The notes under the pieces are model-generated. The model was not told the origin of the DNA. It ran no database searches and worked only from the letters and a program-made list of their open reading frames with translations. Both the position numbers and the translations under genes were made by a program. From NCBI GenBank assembly GCA_009923745.1, contig RFSX01000001.1, positions 1 through 59,527 of the forward strand: a stretch of 59,527 nt of DNA, read 5' to 3'. How positions within the stretch are numbered: the stretch's first letter is position 1; each line of letters starts with the position of its first letter. Source of the DNA: Chitinophagia bacterium. Lineage in GTDB: Bacteria > Bacteroidota > Bacteroidia > Chitinophagales > Saprospiraceae. This document shows, in pieces, positions 47,922 to 56,729 of the stretch.

Positions 47922-49029
47922 GCCCTATCCCTGACGAAGCGCGTACCTCCCTCTTTGTCGCTTCTATTCCGAATTGCCTTTTATAGGCACACAAAAGTTC
48001 TTGTTCATCATAGGCGGCATTTTTATTCTTAAGACATATTAAATGTCCGCCAAATCCACCACCTACCATGCGTGAGCCCAAAGAAAAGCCATGTTCAATA
48101 AGCTTAGCCTGCAGCCAATCAGCTTCCTTCCAACTCACCTCATAATTATCTCTGAGTGACTCATGTGAGGCATTAAGCTGCTGTGCCAACACTTTTATAT
48201 CCTTTGTTTCAATAGCCCTTTTTGCTTCAGTAACCCTTTTACGCTCGGAAATTACATGTCTAATCCTTAGCCTGTAAACAGGATCTTTCAAAACACTCAG
48301 ATCCTCGGGTTTTACTTCATTGTAGTCAAGCTTTCTACCCTTATGCATTGATAGTTCTTCCATAGCTAACTCAAGCGTTTCCCGTCTATTGTTATATTTT
48401 GATTCCATCAGTTTATGTCGTATCCCTGTATCCCATAATTCAAATTGAAAAAGCTCCGGATCAAGGTCCAAATAACCGAAGCTATGATCATTGCAATCAA
48501 GGTATAGTGCCTTATTTGCTTTACTGAAGACGACAGCATGTTGATCCATAAGTCCTCCCTTAACTCCCACTCCGTATTCGGCAGCAGAGGCATAGCGAAT
48601 AATATCCGTCTTATCAAGGTCCTTTTGGAAAAGTTCATTTAGGCCATATATAAAACCACAACACAAAGCCGAAGAGGAAGACAGGCCTCCACCAATAGGA
48701 ATGTCGCTTGTAATAGCAACTCTGAAGTTTCCGAGTTCAATTTGATGCTTCAATAAGACCGCTTCAAGCTTCTTTAGAAGACCTGACCCGTCAGAATGCT
48801 CGGAATCAGCATCGCAATCAAGATAGATATATTCATTGCCCGCATTAACTTTTGAAAAGAAAAAATACATGCTTTGCTGTATCGCAAAGGGCATCACTTT
48901 GCCTCCGCAATAATCTACGTGTTCGCCTATGATATTGGCTCTTCCGGGAGCTCTTACAATTAGGTCTGGGTCTCCGTATTTTTCCCTGAAAGACCTGAAC
49001 TTAGCCCAGGCATTAATACTCAGAGCCAT
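47896..49029 (-). CDS. galactokinase-family GHMP sugar-1-kinase (divergent)
   Basis: RAPGRANIIGEHVDYCGG, GHMP motif GGGLSSSSALCCGF, C-terminal GSRMVGGGFGG. I reject the tracked Arg-rich 50-aa extension and use ATG 49029, which overlaps the upstream gene by 17 nt. Confidence 0.8.
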   Translation of the reverse strand: MALSINAWAKFRSFREKYGDPDLIVRAPGRANIIGEHVDYCGGKVMPFAIQQSMYFFFSKVNAGNEYIYLDCDADSEHSDGSGLLKKLEAVLLKHQIELGNFRVAITSDIPIGGGLSSSSALCCGFIYGLNELFQKDLDKTDIIRYASAAEYGVGVKGGLMDQHAVVFSKANKALYLDCNDHSFGYLDLDPELFQFELWDTGIRHKLMESKYNNRRETLELAMEELSMHKGRKLDYNEVKPEDLSVLKDPVYRLRIRHVISERKRVTEAKRAIETKDIKVLAQQLNASHESLRDNYEVSWKEADWLQAKLIEHGFSLGSRMVGGGFGGHLICLKNKNAAYDEQELLCAYKRQFGIEATKREVRASSGIGLIRSAELL

Positions 49030-50362
49030 AAGCAAAGTCGTTTTTACTACTTTTCCACTGCCCTTCAGAAAAATCAGGAAACTCCTGTGGGCTGCCCTCC
49101 GAAGCAACGGAAGCCTCAGACAGTGGTGTGATCGCCTTCCACGTTGCGGCGTCGATAGCATCAAACGGCGGCCTGGCATTTATTTTTGCATGCTCTATTA
49201 ATGAATTAAGAAGAAAATAATCCATGCCCCCATGTCCGGCACCTTTGGCGCTGTCTTCATAACGCCTCCAAAGCATATGATCATATTCCTCCATATAAGC
49301 CGCCTGACTTTCCCATCTGTGTGAATCAGAGCGTCCTTCTACATAAACAGATTTATTGACATCCATCCACAAGCCCCTGGTTCCCTGTACTCGAAATCCC
49401 AGTGAATATGGCCTTGGCAGGTTTGTATCATGATGTAATACCACCGTTTCTCCATTGGCACAAGTAATCATCGTTGTAATCTTATCGCCTAACTTGAACT
49501 CTATCTGTGCATTAGGGTGGTCCGGCCCTCCTTTTTCGTGATCCAAAATGTAATTATGAAGGCCCCTTGATTTTGATGCAACCGAAGTCAGATATAAAAA
49601 CCTATTCCCTTTATTGATGTTTATATATTGTGCAACAGGACCAATGCCATGCGTTGGATACAAATCGCCATTCCTGTTGACAGAATGTACTGTCCTCCAC
49701 CTGGCCTCGCTAAAGCCGTTCTCTCCAAACTCAACACCTCCCCCATAAGGCTGTTTTCCGTTATTAAATTTTACATTTCTCAAATCATGCTGATAACCAC
49801 ATTCAAGGTGCATGAGTTCACCAAACAAGCCTTGTCTGACCATATTAAGTACGGCCATCACATCCCTTCGGAAACATACATTTTCAAGAAAATACAGGTG
49901 TTTATCACTAGCCTGTTCTGCTCTAACGGTTTGCCAACACTCGTCAATTGAAATGCCTCCTGACACCTCAAGCCCTGTATAAATGCTCCGTTCGAGGCAG
50001 GCTACAGCCATCTCTGTATGCCAGCGCCATGGCGTGGCAATGATAACAAGGTCGAGATCTTCTCTATCCAACATCTTGATATAATCCCTCTCGCCCGAAC
50101 TATACGTTTTGGGAATATAATCCAGCTTTGTTGAAATGAGCTTTTGTGTTCTTTCCATCATTATGGGGTCAGGGTCTGCCAAGCTGACAATCCTGCAATC
50201 GTCCCTTTGCAAAACCAGAGAGATATGTCCCTGGCCTCTCAATCCACACCCAATAAAACCAACATTAAGGACCGACTTACTGCTGTTAAGTGCCATTTTC
50301 GGCGCTAAACCAATCCCCGTCCCTATAACGCCAGCCTTTTCAATAAACTCCCTGCGCTTCAT
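49013..50362 (-). CDS. TAT-signal Gfo/Idh/MocA-fold oxidoreductase, GH109-like (putative NAD-dependent alpha-N-acetylgalactosaminidase)
   Basis: Twin-arginine leader MKRREFIEKAGVIGTGIGLAP, Rossmann VGFIGCGLRGQGH, about 450 aa, which is the GH109-type layout. Confidence 0.7.
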   Translation of the reverse strand: MKRREFIEKAGVIGTGIGLAPKMALNSSKSVLNVGFIGCGLRGQGHISLVLQRDDCRIVSLADPDPIMMERTQKLISTKLDYIPKTYSSGERDYIKMLDREDLDLVIIATPWRWHTEMAVACLERSIYTGLEVSGGISIDECWQTVRAEQASDKHLYFLENVCFRRDVMAVLNMVRQGLFGELMHLECGYQHDLRNVKFNNGKQPYGGGVEFGENGFSEARWRTVHSVNRNGDLYPTHGIGPVAQYININKGNRFLYLTSVASKSRGLHNYILDHEKGGPDHPNAQIEFKLGDKITTMITCANGETVVLHHDTNLPRPYSLGFRVQGTRGLWMDVNKSVYVEGRSDSHRWESQAAYMEEYDHMLWRRYEDSAKGAGHGGMDYFLLNSLIEHAKINARPPFDAIDAATWKAITPLSEASVASEGSPQEFPDFSEGQWKSSKNDFAYGSEY

Positions 50363-50433
50363 TTACTTATGTTTTAATGAATTTTGAAATTAGTGATTAT
50401 ATTCATTAGCCCTAACAAGTCGCGCTCTATTAA

Positions 50434-51549
50434 ATGAAAATCCTCATCGCTCCTGATAAATTCAAAGGCAGTCTCAGTGCAGCTCAACTCTCCGGGATTC
50501 TGTCCACTGTACTTACAGAAAATGGTCATGAATGTATGATACATCCTTTGGCTGACGGTGGTGATGGAAGTATTGAGATCCTTGAGCACTATCTAGATGT
50601 TGAAAAGGTCTTTGTAAAAACCATTGATCCACTCGCTAGAGAAATATCCTGCTTCTATCTCCGTTCTGACAACACAGCCTTTATCGAATTGGCCTCTGCC
50701 AGTGGCTATGCCTTATTACAAAAAGAAGAGCGAAATCCAATGCATACTTCAACAAAGGGCACAGGTCGCATGATACGACATGCTATCGAAGCAGGAGCAA
50801 AGCAAATATTGCTTTTTCTGGGCGGATCCTCAACGAATGACGCAGGTGTCGGTATACTTTCGGAACTGGGATTTACATTCCTTGATAAATCAGGACAGGA
50901 GCTTGAGCCTGTAGGTAAAAACCTTATTAACATTGCTTCGATAACTGCACCTAAAAGTAAAGAGCTGCTGGAGTCAACATTTATATTACTATGCGATGTG
51001 ACCAACCCTTTGTACGGCGAGAGTGGCGCGGCTTATACTTACGCACGGCAAAAAGGTGCTTCGGATAAAGAGATCATTGCTCTGGATGACGGCCTAATAA
51101 ACTTTGCGAAAGTCCTTCAAAAAACTGTAAACATTGATGTGCAGGCGATACCGGGAACGGGAGCTGCGGGTGGCATTCCTGCCGGCTTAATAGCCTTAAT
51201 GGGAGCGCAAAAGAAATCTGGGGCTGAGTATTTTATGGGTTTGACGGCGTTTAATTTGCGCCTTGACGAATGCGACATCGTTATCACAGGAGAGGGTGGT
51301 CTCGATGGACAATCTTTACATGGGAAGGTGCCTGGTTCTGTACTTCAGAGGGCCCGTTTGCATGAAAAACCCGTATACTTTTTTGTCGGACATTGTAAGT
51401 ATGAAGAGCTCCCTCAAATCCCCAAGGATCATGTTTATGCCGTTATGGATATTGCCACAGATGAGTCAGATGCGTTTCTCCATACACATGAATACATTGT
51501 CCGCCTTGTGCAACAGTTTGTTCATGTTCTTTCATCACAAGAGGAATAG
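50434..51549 (+). CDS. glxK: glycerate kinase
   Basis: MKILIAPDKFKGSLSA.., ..ADGGDG.., ..ITGEGGLDGQS..GK. Confidence 0.9.
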   Translation: MKILIAPDKFKGSLSAAQLSGILSTVLTENGHECMIHPLADGGDGSIEILEHYLDVEKVFVKTIDPLAREISCFYLRSDNTAFIELASASGYALLQKEERNPMHTSTKGTGRMIRHAIEAGAKQILLFLGGSSTNDAGVGILSELGFTFLDKSGQELEPVGKNLINIASITAPKSKELLESTFILLCDVTNPLYGESGAAYTYARQKGASDKEIIALDDGLINFAKVLQKTVNIDVQAIPGTGAAGGIPAGLIALMGAQKKSGAEYFMGLTAFNLRLDECDIVITGEGGLDGQSLHGKVPGSVLQRARLHEKPVYFFVGHCKYEELPQIPKDHVYAVMDIATDESDAFLHTHEYIVRLVQQFVHVLSSQEE

Positions 51550-53026
51550 CCTCTATTAGGTCTCCCGCCCTAAGGGCTTGTTCTCCAATTTGCTTTTGTG
51601 CTTTATCTCCTGCCGCTCCATGAACCCATACTCCCATTACTGCAGCATCCCTCGGCGAATAACCCTGGGCAAGCAATGATGTAATTAGTCCTGTCAACAC
51701 ATCGCCGCTACCTGGCGTTGCCATCCCTGGGTTGCCCGTAGTGTTGAAATAAAGTTTTCCTTCAGGTGTTGCCGTAATGGTGTGTGCTCCCTTCAGTACA
51801 ACAATTAATTTCAGCCTTTGAGAAAGCTCCAAAAGCAGATTGAGCTTATGCCCTTCGTTGTGCCACTCTCCTACCCATCGCTGAAACTCTTTAGGGTGTG
51901 GTGTTAAAATACTCCTTTCTGGAATTTCTCGTTGCCGCTCTTTATTTCCTGCCAAAATGTTAAGCGCATCCGCATCAATAACCATTGGTTCATCCTGCTC
52001 AGCAATTAGCTTGAATACAAATTCTGCTGTCTGCGCTTCCTGTCCAATACCCGGACCAATACCCACTGTTTTCTTGGTTGGCATTAAGGCTCCGCATAGA
52101 ATATCATCGACTTCTGAAAATGTCAACATGGCCTCAGGAACGGCTTGTTGCATAAGCTGCCATGCGCTCCTTGGCACATGAGCGGTGGTTAGCCCGGCGC
52201 CCCCTCTTACACAAGATCTTGTCGCCAGAACAGCAGCACCCATCTTCCCTTTTGCGCCTGCAAAGATGTAGGCGTGTCCAAACAAGCCCTTGTGGCTGTA
52301 TTTGTGTCTTTTTTTAATTATGGCAAGAACTTCATTTTGGGTTACTAGCTCATATTTACTATCCGTTAGCTCATAATATTTGCCTGAAAGCCCTATTGGC
52401 AGCACATGTATTCTTCCAACGTATCCTCCAAAATCAGGAAGCAAAAAAGACAGCTTGCATGACTGAAGTGTCAGTGTGGCATCGGCTTTAACAATTCCGT
52501 CTTTTGAATTTTCCTTGTTGTCTTCGCTAAACATGCCCGAAGGAATATCAATTGAGATTACTTCTAAGCCGGAGTGGTTAATCCATTTTATTACCTCAAG
52601 AGGCAGGTCTTGTGCTGGACGGTTTAATCCAGAGCCAAAAATGGCATCGACAACGAGGCTATACTCATTTGATTTAATTTTTTGAAGATCCTCCTTGCTA
52701 TTTATTTCATTTAATTCAAGGCCAATGCGATTTAATCGTTGCTTGTTTTGATTAAAGTCTTCTGATGTTTGCCCTGAAAAGTTAATATGATAGCAGCTTA
52801 CCTTGTAAAACATCTCATGGAGCTGTCTGGCCACTACCAGTCCGTCTCCACCATTATTGCCGGGACCACACATAAAAACCATACCTGTGTCCTGCGAATA
52901 GTTTTTTCTTATCCAGTGCGTACACCTGCTGGCCGCTCTCTCCATCAGGTCCAATGACCTTATGGGCTCATTCTCAATTGTAAATTTATCCCAGTCCCGG
53001 ATTTGCTCTGCCGTAAATATTTTCAT
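51443..53026 (-). CDS. nnr: bifunctional NAD(P)H-hydrate repair enzyme Nnr (epimerase plus ADP-dependent dehydratase)
   Basis: YjeF_N domain (..CGPGNNGGDG..) and carbohydrate-kinase domain (..GSGDVLTG..). A ~27-aa non-conserved C-terminal tail lies antisense to the glxK 3' end. Confidence 0.9.
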   Translation of the reverse strand: MKIFTAEQIRDWDKFTIENEPIRSLDLMERAASRCTHWIRKNYSQDTGMVFMCGPGNNGGDGLVVARQLHEMFYKVSCYHINFSGQTSEDFNQNKQRLNRIGLELNEINSKEDLQKIKSNEYSLVVDAIFGSGLNRPAQDLPLEVIKWINHSGLEVISIDIPSGMFSEDNKENSKDGIVKADATLTLQSCKLSFLLPDFGGYVGRIHVLPIGLSGKYYELTDSKYELVTQNEVLAIIKKRHKYSHKGLFGHAYIFAGAKGKMGAAVLATRSCVRGGAGLTTAHVPRSAWQLMQQAVPEAMLTFSEVDDILCGALMPTKKTVGIGPGIGQEAQTAEFVFKLIAEQDEPMVIDADALNILAGNKERQREIPERSILTPHPKEFQRWVGEWHNEGHKLNLLLELSQRLKLIVVLKGAHTITATPEGKLYFNTTGNPGMATPGSGDVLTGLITSLLAQGYSPRDAAVMGVWVHGAAGDKAQKQIGEQALRAGDLIEAIPLVMKEHEQTVAQGGQCIHVYGETHLTHLWQYP

Positions 53027-53053
53027 GTTAAAGAATCAATATATAGGCAATAT

Positions 53054-53089
53054 AAAAAAAGCGGCCGAGTGGCCGCTTCTTATTTTTTT
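53054..53089. terminator. bidirectional intrinsic terminator
   Basis: AAAAAAA-GCGGCC-gagt-GGCCGC-TTCTTATTTTTTT. It probably stops the peroxidase-gene transcript ahead of nnr. Confidence 0.7.
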
Positions 53090-53263
53090 ATTCCGGCTTA
53101 ATGATCCTGATCGGTTCTATTCCTGGCTTATTCTCTACAGACAGGCAAAAACAAATAGCGGCAACAGCATTCCTATACTTTGTGTTTTCGTTCTTGTTTG
53201 TTTTTGATGATTAAACGGGGAAGCTGTTGCGAGGACACTCCTGTACGAAGGTGCTATAACTTT

Positions 53264-54487
53264 CTAGTTAAATGGATTAGACCACTTTTCGTTTGTATAT
53301 ACACCTGATCCTGTTAGTGTCTCCAGAAAAGCCACCACAGCTGTTATTTCCTGTTGCGTCATATTCAATTGAACGCCTCCACCTCTTGCGAGTCGTTGAT
53401 CCAGATTGTTGTTGTTCGGCGCAATGTCTATATCGTTATAATGTGCCAGAACTTCCTCGAGTGAAGAAAATTCGCCCGTGTGCATAAAAGCTGAGTTCAC
53501 TACTCCACCTGGGGAAAACAGGTCCCGCAAACTGGGGCTGCGTGTCACATCAAGGTCAATACCGGTCTGATCGCCCGCCAATCCTATTACCCCATTATTC
53601 CTTGAATTCTCATCAATATCAAACTCTGGTGCATTGTGACATCCATTACAGCCCAGACCTCCCCCTATTCTTATGCCCGACGGGCCCTGGAATTGCGGAC
53701 CATCCATGAAAAGACGCTTGCCCATATTTTCAAGAGCTGTAAAATTTGGAAAGTTCTGGTTTTCGCTATTCACCTGAGTTCTACCTTCGTCATATTTGCT
53801 GTCAAAAGACTGGATGCTTCTTATGAACTGCGCCAAGGCGTCCTGAATACGCTCTTCTGTAATAATTTGGTCACCGAATGCCTCCTGGAAAAGACTGTTG
53901 TAGTAATCAATTCCAGATAATCTTTCGATGAGATCATCAAAGTCCAGATCACCGCTGTTACCGCTAAAGCCCATTTCCCCATGATCTCGGATTGGCATGG
54001 TGGTTTGCTGCTCAAGATCATCGGCGCGCTCGTCCCAAAAGAATCGTTGCTCTTCAGCGAACCGTGCATTTACAAGTCTCATCGAGTGTCGCCCCGTTAG
54101 AGCATTCACGCCTTGGCTTCTCACCTCTGGATCGCTGAATGCAAACTCTTGTTGGTGACAGCTCGCACAAGAGACCGTATTGTCCGACGAGAGGTTGGTA
54201 TCATAAAACAATACACGACCCAAGCTTGCCTCGATATTGCTTATTGTGTTAGAACCAGTATTATCTTTGTTTATATACTCTGGAATTTCCTGGTTGGCAT
54301 AGTTCAATAAATTGTCAAGGTCTATGGCGCCGTTGAGCAACAGTCTTTGATCCCTGCCGTTGTTTTCATTATTGGCTCCGTCATTCTCATTAAAGTTCTG
54401 GTTTTCGTCAATGACTCCCGGTTGGTCTTCCGAGCAGGCGCTCATAAGTAGCCCCAGTACAAAAATTATAAGCAGTTTGTCTTTCAT
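53264..54487 (-). CDS. di-haem cytochrome c peroxidase family lipoprotein (CCP/MauG family)
   Basis: Lipobox ..LGLLMSAC, two CxxCH sites (CASCH, CNGCH). ATG 54487 preferred over the tracked 54529. Confidence 0.85.
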   Translation of the reverse strand: MKDKLLIIFVLGLLMSACSEDQPGVIDENQNFNENDGANNENNGRDQRLLLNGAIDLDNLLNYANQEIPEYINKDNTGSNTISNIEASLGRVLFYDTNLSSDNTVSCASCHQQEFAFSDPEVRSQGVNALTGRHSMRLVNARFAEEQRFFWDERADDLEQQTTMPIRDHGEMGFSGNSGDLDFDDLIERLSGIDYYNSLFQEAFGDQIITEERIQDALAQFIRSIQSFDSKYDEGRTQVNSENQNFPNFTALENMGKRLFMDGPQFQGPSGIRIGGGLGCNGCHNAPEFDIDENSRNNGVIGLAGDQTGIDLDVTRSPSLRDLFSPGGVVNSAFMHTGEFSSLEEVLAHYNDIDIAPNNNNLDQRLARGGGVQLNMTQQEITAVVAFLETLTGSGVYTNEKWSNPFN

Positions 54488-54555
54488 AATGTCCCGGTTA
54501 TAGTGAAATAAACATGCCCGATGCCGCACATCCTTTCATTAATAATACCCTAACA

Positions 54556-55491
54556 TCAAATTTGTACTCGCATTCCGGTAAAAGAAATTTTATATCCCTC
54601 AATAAGGACATTTTGGCTGGCTTGGGTTCCGGGGTCCAATAAAGGGTTGGTATGATTAAGGTGAATGAACTTGATCCTTGATTTTATTTCTTTAGAATAC
54701 CCTCGAAACCGATTCATTGTTTCGACAACAAAAGGATGAGGTACCTCTTCAATATTCCTGTTTGGCAATTCTGAACCATCGTAAAATGTCGCATCAATAA
54801 AAGCATAGTCACAATCTAAAACAAGGTCCTCGATGTTTGTTTCCCAATTATCCCACTTGTCTATGTCGGGTATAAAAATCACTTTTTTGTTTGGCCCCTT
54901 TATTTCAAAGCCAACTGTCTCAGAATATTCATCCCGGTGAGGGACTAAAAAAGGTCTAAGAGAAAAGTTTTCAAATGCAATCCATATGTTGTCTTGCATC
55001 GCATTAAGAGAAATATTTTTCAACTCAACCAGTTGTGACCAGGGTCCATTATTCTCGAGATAGTTTTTCATGCGAGGCATAACATATACGGGTATAGCGT
55101 TAGCACTCATGGCTTCTCTCCCAAGATGCATAAGTCCTGTGTAGTGTCCCATGTGTGCGTGCGATATAAAAATACCATTCGGTAAGACGGGCTTGCCCAG
55201 TCTCGCTTCCTGCAGTATTTTTAATTGTTTTGATATGTCGGGTGAAGCCTCAAAAAGATACGCCTCTCCGGAGTCTTCGTCAATAACAGCAAGACTGGTT
55301 ACATATTCTGGCTGTGCTTGACCTTTGTAAACTTTCTGGCAACATTCTTTCTGGCAGGCAATCTGTGGGTATCCCGCATCTTGTGCAACACCCAAAACAA
55401 GAACAGACACCTTACTGTTTTTTACAGAATTATCCGGTGCTAGCGCTAAGAAAAATAATGTCAAAATATGGAGTAAACTCAACTGTGTCAT
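54556..55491 (-). CDS. secreted MBL-fold metallo-hydrolase, PqqB-like
   Basis: Signal peptide. ..LGVAQDAGYPQIACQKECC.. resembles the PqqB N-terminal LG.A.GGG.PQ..C.C..C pattern. ..ISHAHMGHYTGL.. Confidence 0.7.
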   Translation of the reverse strand: MTQLSLLHILTLFFLALAPDNSVKNSKVSVLVLGVAQDAGYPQIACQKECCQKVYKGQAQPEYVTSLAVIDEDSGEAYLFEASPDISKQLKILQEARLGKPVLPNGIFISHAHMGHYTGLMHLGREAMSANAIPVYVMPRMKNYLENNGPWSQLVELKNISLNAMQDNIWIAFENFSLRPFLVPHRDEYSETVGFEIKGPNKKVIFIPDIDKWDNWETNIEDLVLDCDYAFIDATFYDGSELPNRNIEEVPHPFVVETMNRFRGYSKEIKSRIKFIHLNHTNPLLDPGTQASQNVLIEGYKISFTGMRVQI

Positions 55492-55493
55492 AG

Positions 55494-56042
55494 TTAATCG
55501 CTAAAAACAAAAAAGTCTAAGCCTGCCGGGTCTTGGAGCTTAATATTATCCACTTTCGTATCGGAATTAAACACGCGGATCTCTTCTTTTATTTCTGCAA
55601 GCAATGTTAGCTGGTTGCTCTCAAGGTAAATCCGCAATGGCCCCGGCGCACTTGTTGCCTGTCTCGCTTTACGTTCATATACTTTTGTAATGTCGCTAAG
55701 AATTGATAGTCCCTTAGACCATTCCATGTTATTTAGAATCCGCCCTAGGCCGCTTGCCCTCTTTTCGTTGGTCCAGGATGTTGCCCGAACATCAAAGACA
55801 TAATGAAAATCACCCTCTTTAATAATTGTAAACACAAGGCTTGTATAAAAAGCTATTGATTGGCTAATTTTCAGAGTAAGCGTCTGTATTATTCCTGACA
55901 TATCCCAGTCAAGATAATCAAAATACTTCAATGCCCCACATGAGTAGTTTTTAGCGCAGGCCTCTATTCTCTTGTAAAGACTGAGCTCAAATAAAAGCGG
56001 TTCATGGCGGCAATATTTTCCAGCGGTATTTCCTTTGGACAT
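55494..56042 (-). CDS. hypothetical protein; I recognise no motif
   Basis: It is the only long ORF in this interval and ends 2 nt before the MBL start. The tracked start overlaps sdhB by 79 nt, and an internal ATG at 55901 would give 135 aa. Coding status rests on ORF length and packing only. Confidence 0.45.
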   Translation of the reverse strand: MSKGNTAGKYCRHEPLLFELSLYKRIEACAKNYSCGALKYFDYLDWDMSGIIQTLTLKISQSIAFYTSLVFTIIKEGDFHYVFDVRATSWTNEKRASGLGRILNNMEWSKGLSILSDITKVYERKARQATSAPGPLRIYLESNQLTLLAEIKEEIRVFNSDTKVDNIKLQDPAGLDFFVFSD

Positions 56043-56707
56043 TCAACGTGACATGCCCCAACGTTTGAACATTTACCAAAGCCTTCTTTATCCATCTGGT
56101 TAATCATATTAACCACTCGATGACCGTGTTCAACCTTTCCTTGTGGCAGTTTTTCGAGATGATTAATCTTGGCAGACGTAAACAACATCGCCGAACCGTT
56201 AGGGCAGGCAGCAACACAAGCTCCACAGCCTATGCACGTGGCTGCATCGAAGGCGTCCGAAGCCTCCTGTCGCTCCACGGGGATAGAATTTCCGTCTGGG
56301 GCTTGTCCTGTATTAACAGATATATATCCTCCGGCCTGAATAATCCTGTCGAATGAGGATCTATCAACAGCCAGGTCTTTAATAACTGGAAAGGCGGATG
56401 CGCGGAACGGTTCTATAACTATGGTGTCACCATCTTTGAAATGTCTCATATGAAGCTGGCAGGTTGTTGTCCCTGTTTGAGGTCCGTGAGGTCGACCATT
56501 AATCACCATGCTGCACGTGCCACATATGCCTTCTCGGCAATCATGCTCAAAACTTACGGGTTCTTTCTTTTGTGAAATGAGCTTTTCGTTCAGAACGTCA
56601 AGCATTTCTAAAAAAGACATGTGCCCCTCTGCTTCCAGGCTATAATTTTCAAAATGCCCCTTGGCATCTTTCGATTTCTGTCTCCAAACTTTCAAGTTTA
56701 ACCTCAT
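55964..56707 (-). CDS. sdhB: succinate dehydrogenase/fumarate reductase iron-sulfur subunit
   Basis: 2Fe-2[12 protein letters not shown], 4Fe-4[13 protein letters not shown], 3Fe-4[13 protein letters not shown]. Confidence 0.95.
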   Translation of the reverse strand: MRLNLKVWRQKSKDAKGHFENYSLEAEGHMSFLEMLDVLNEKLISQKKEPVSFEHDCREGICGTCSMVINGRPHGPQTGTTTCQLHMRHFKDGDTIVIEPFRASAFPVIKDLAVDRSSFDRIIQAGGYISVNTGQAPDGNSIPVERQEASDAFDAATCIGCGACVAACPNGSAMLFTSAKINHLEKLPQGKVEHGHRVVNMINQMDKEGFGKCSNVGACHVECPKEIPLENIAAMNRFYLSSVFTRE

Positions 56708-56729
56708 GCTACTATTTTGTTGATTAACA

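Noticed and set aside
49030-49179. 50-aa Arg-rich N-terminal extension of the galactokinase-like ORF (tracked start 49179)
   Set aside because: The extension (MPGRRLMLSTPQRGRRSHHCLRLPLLRRAAH...) lies antisense-frame inside the 3' end of the GH109-like gene and precedes the family-typical N-terminus. ATG 49029 gives a normal ~377-aa kinase.
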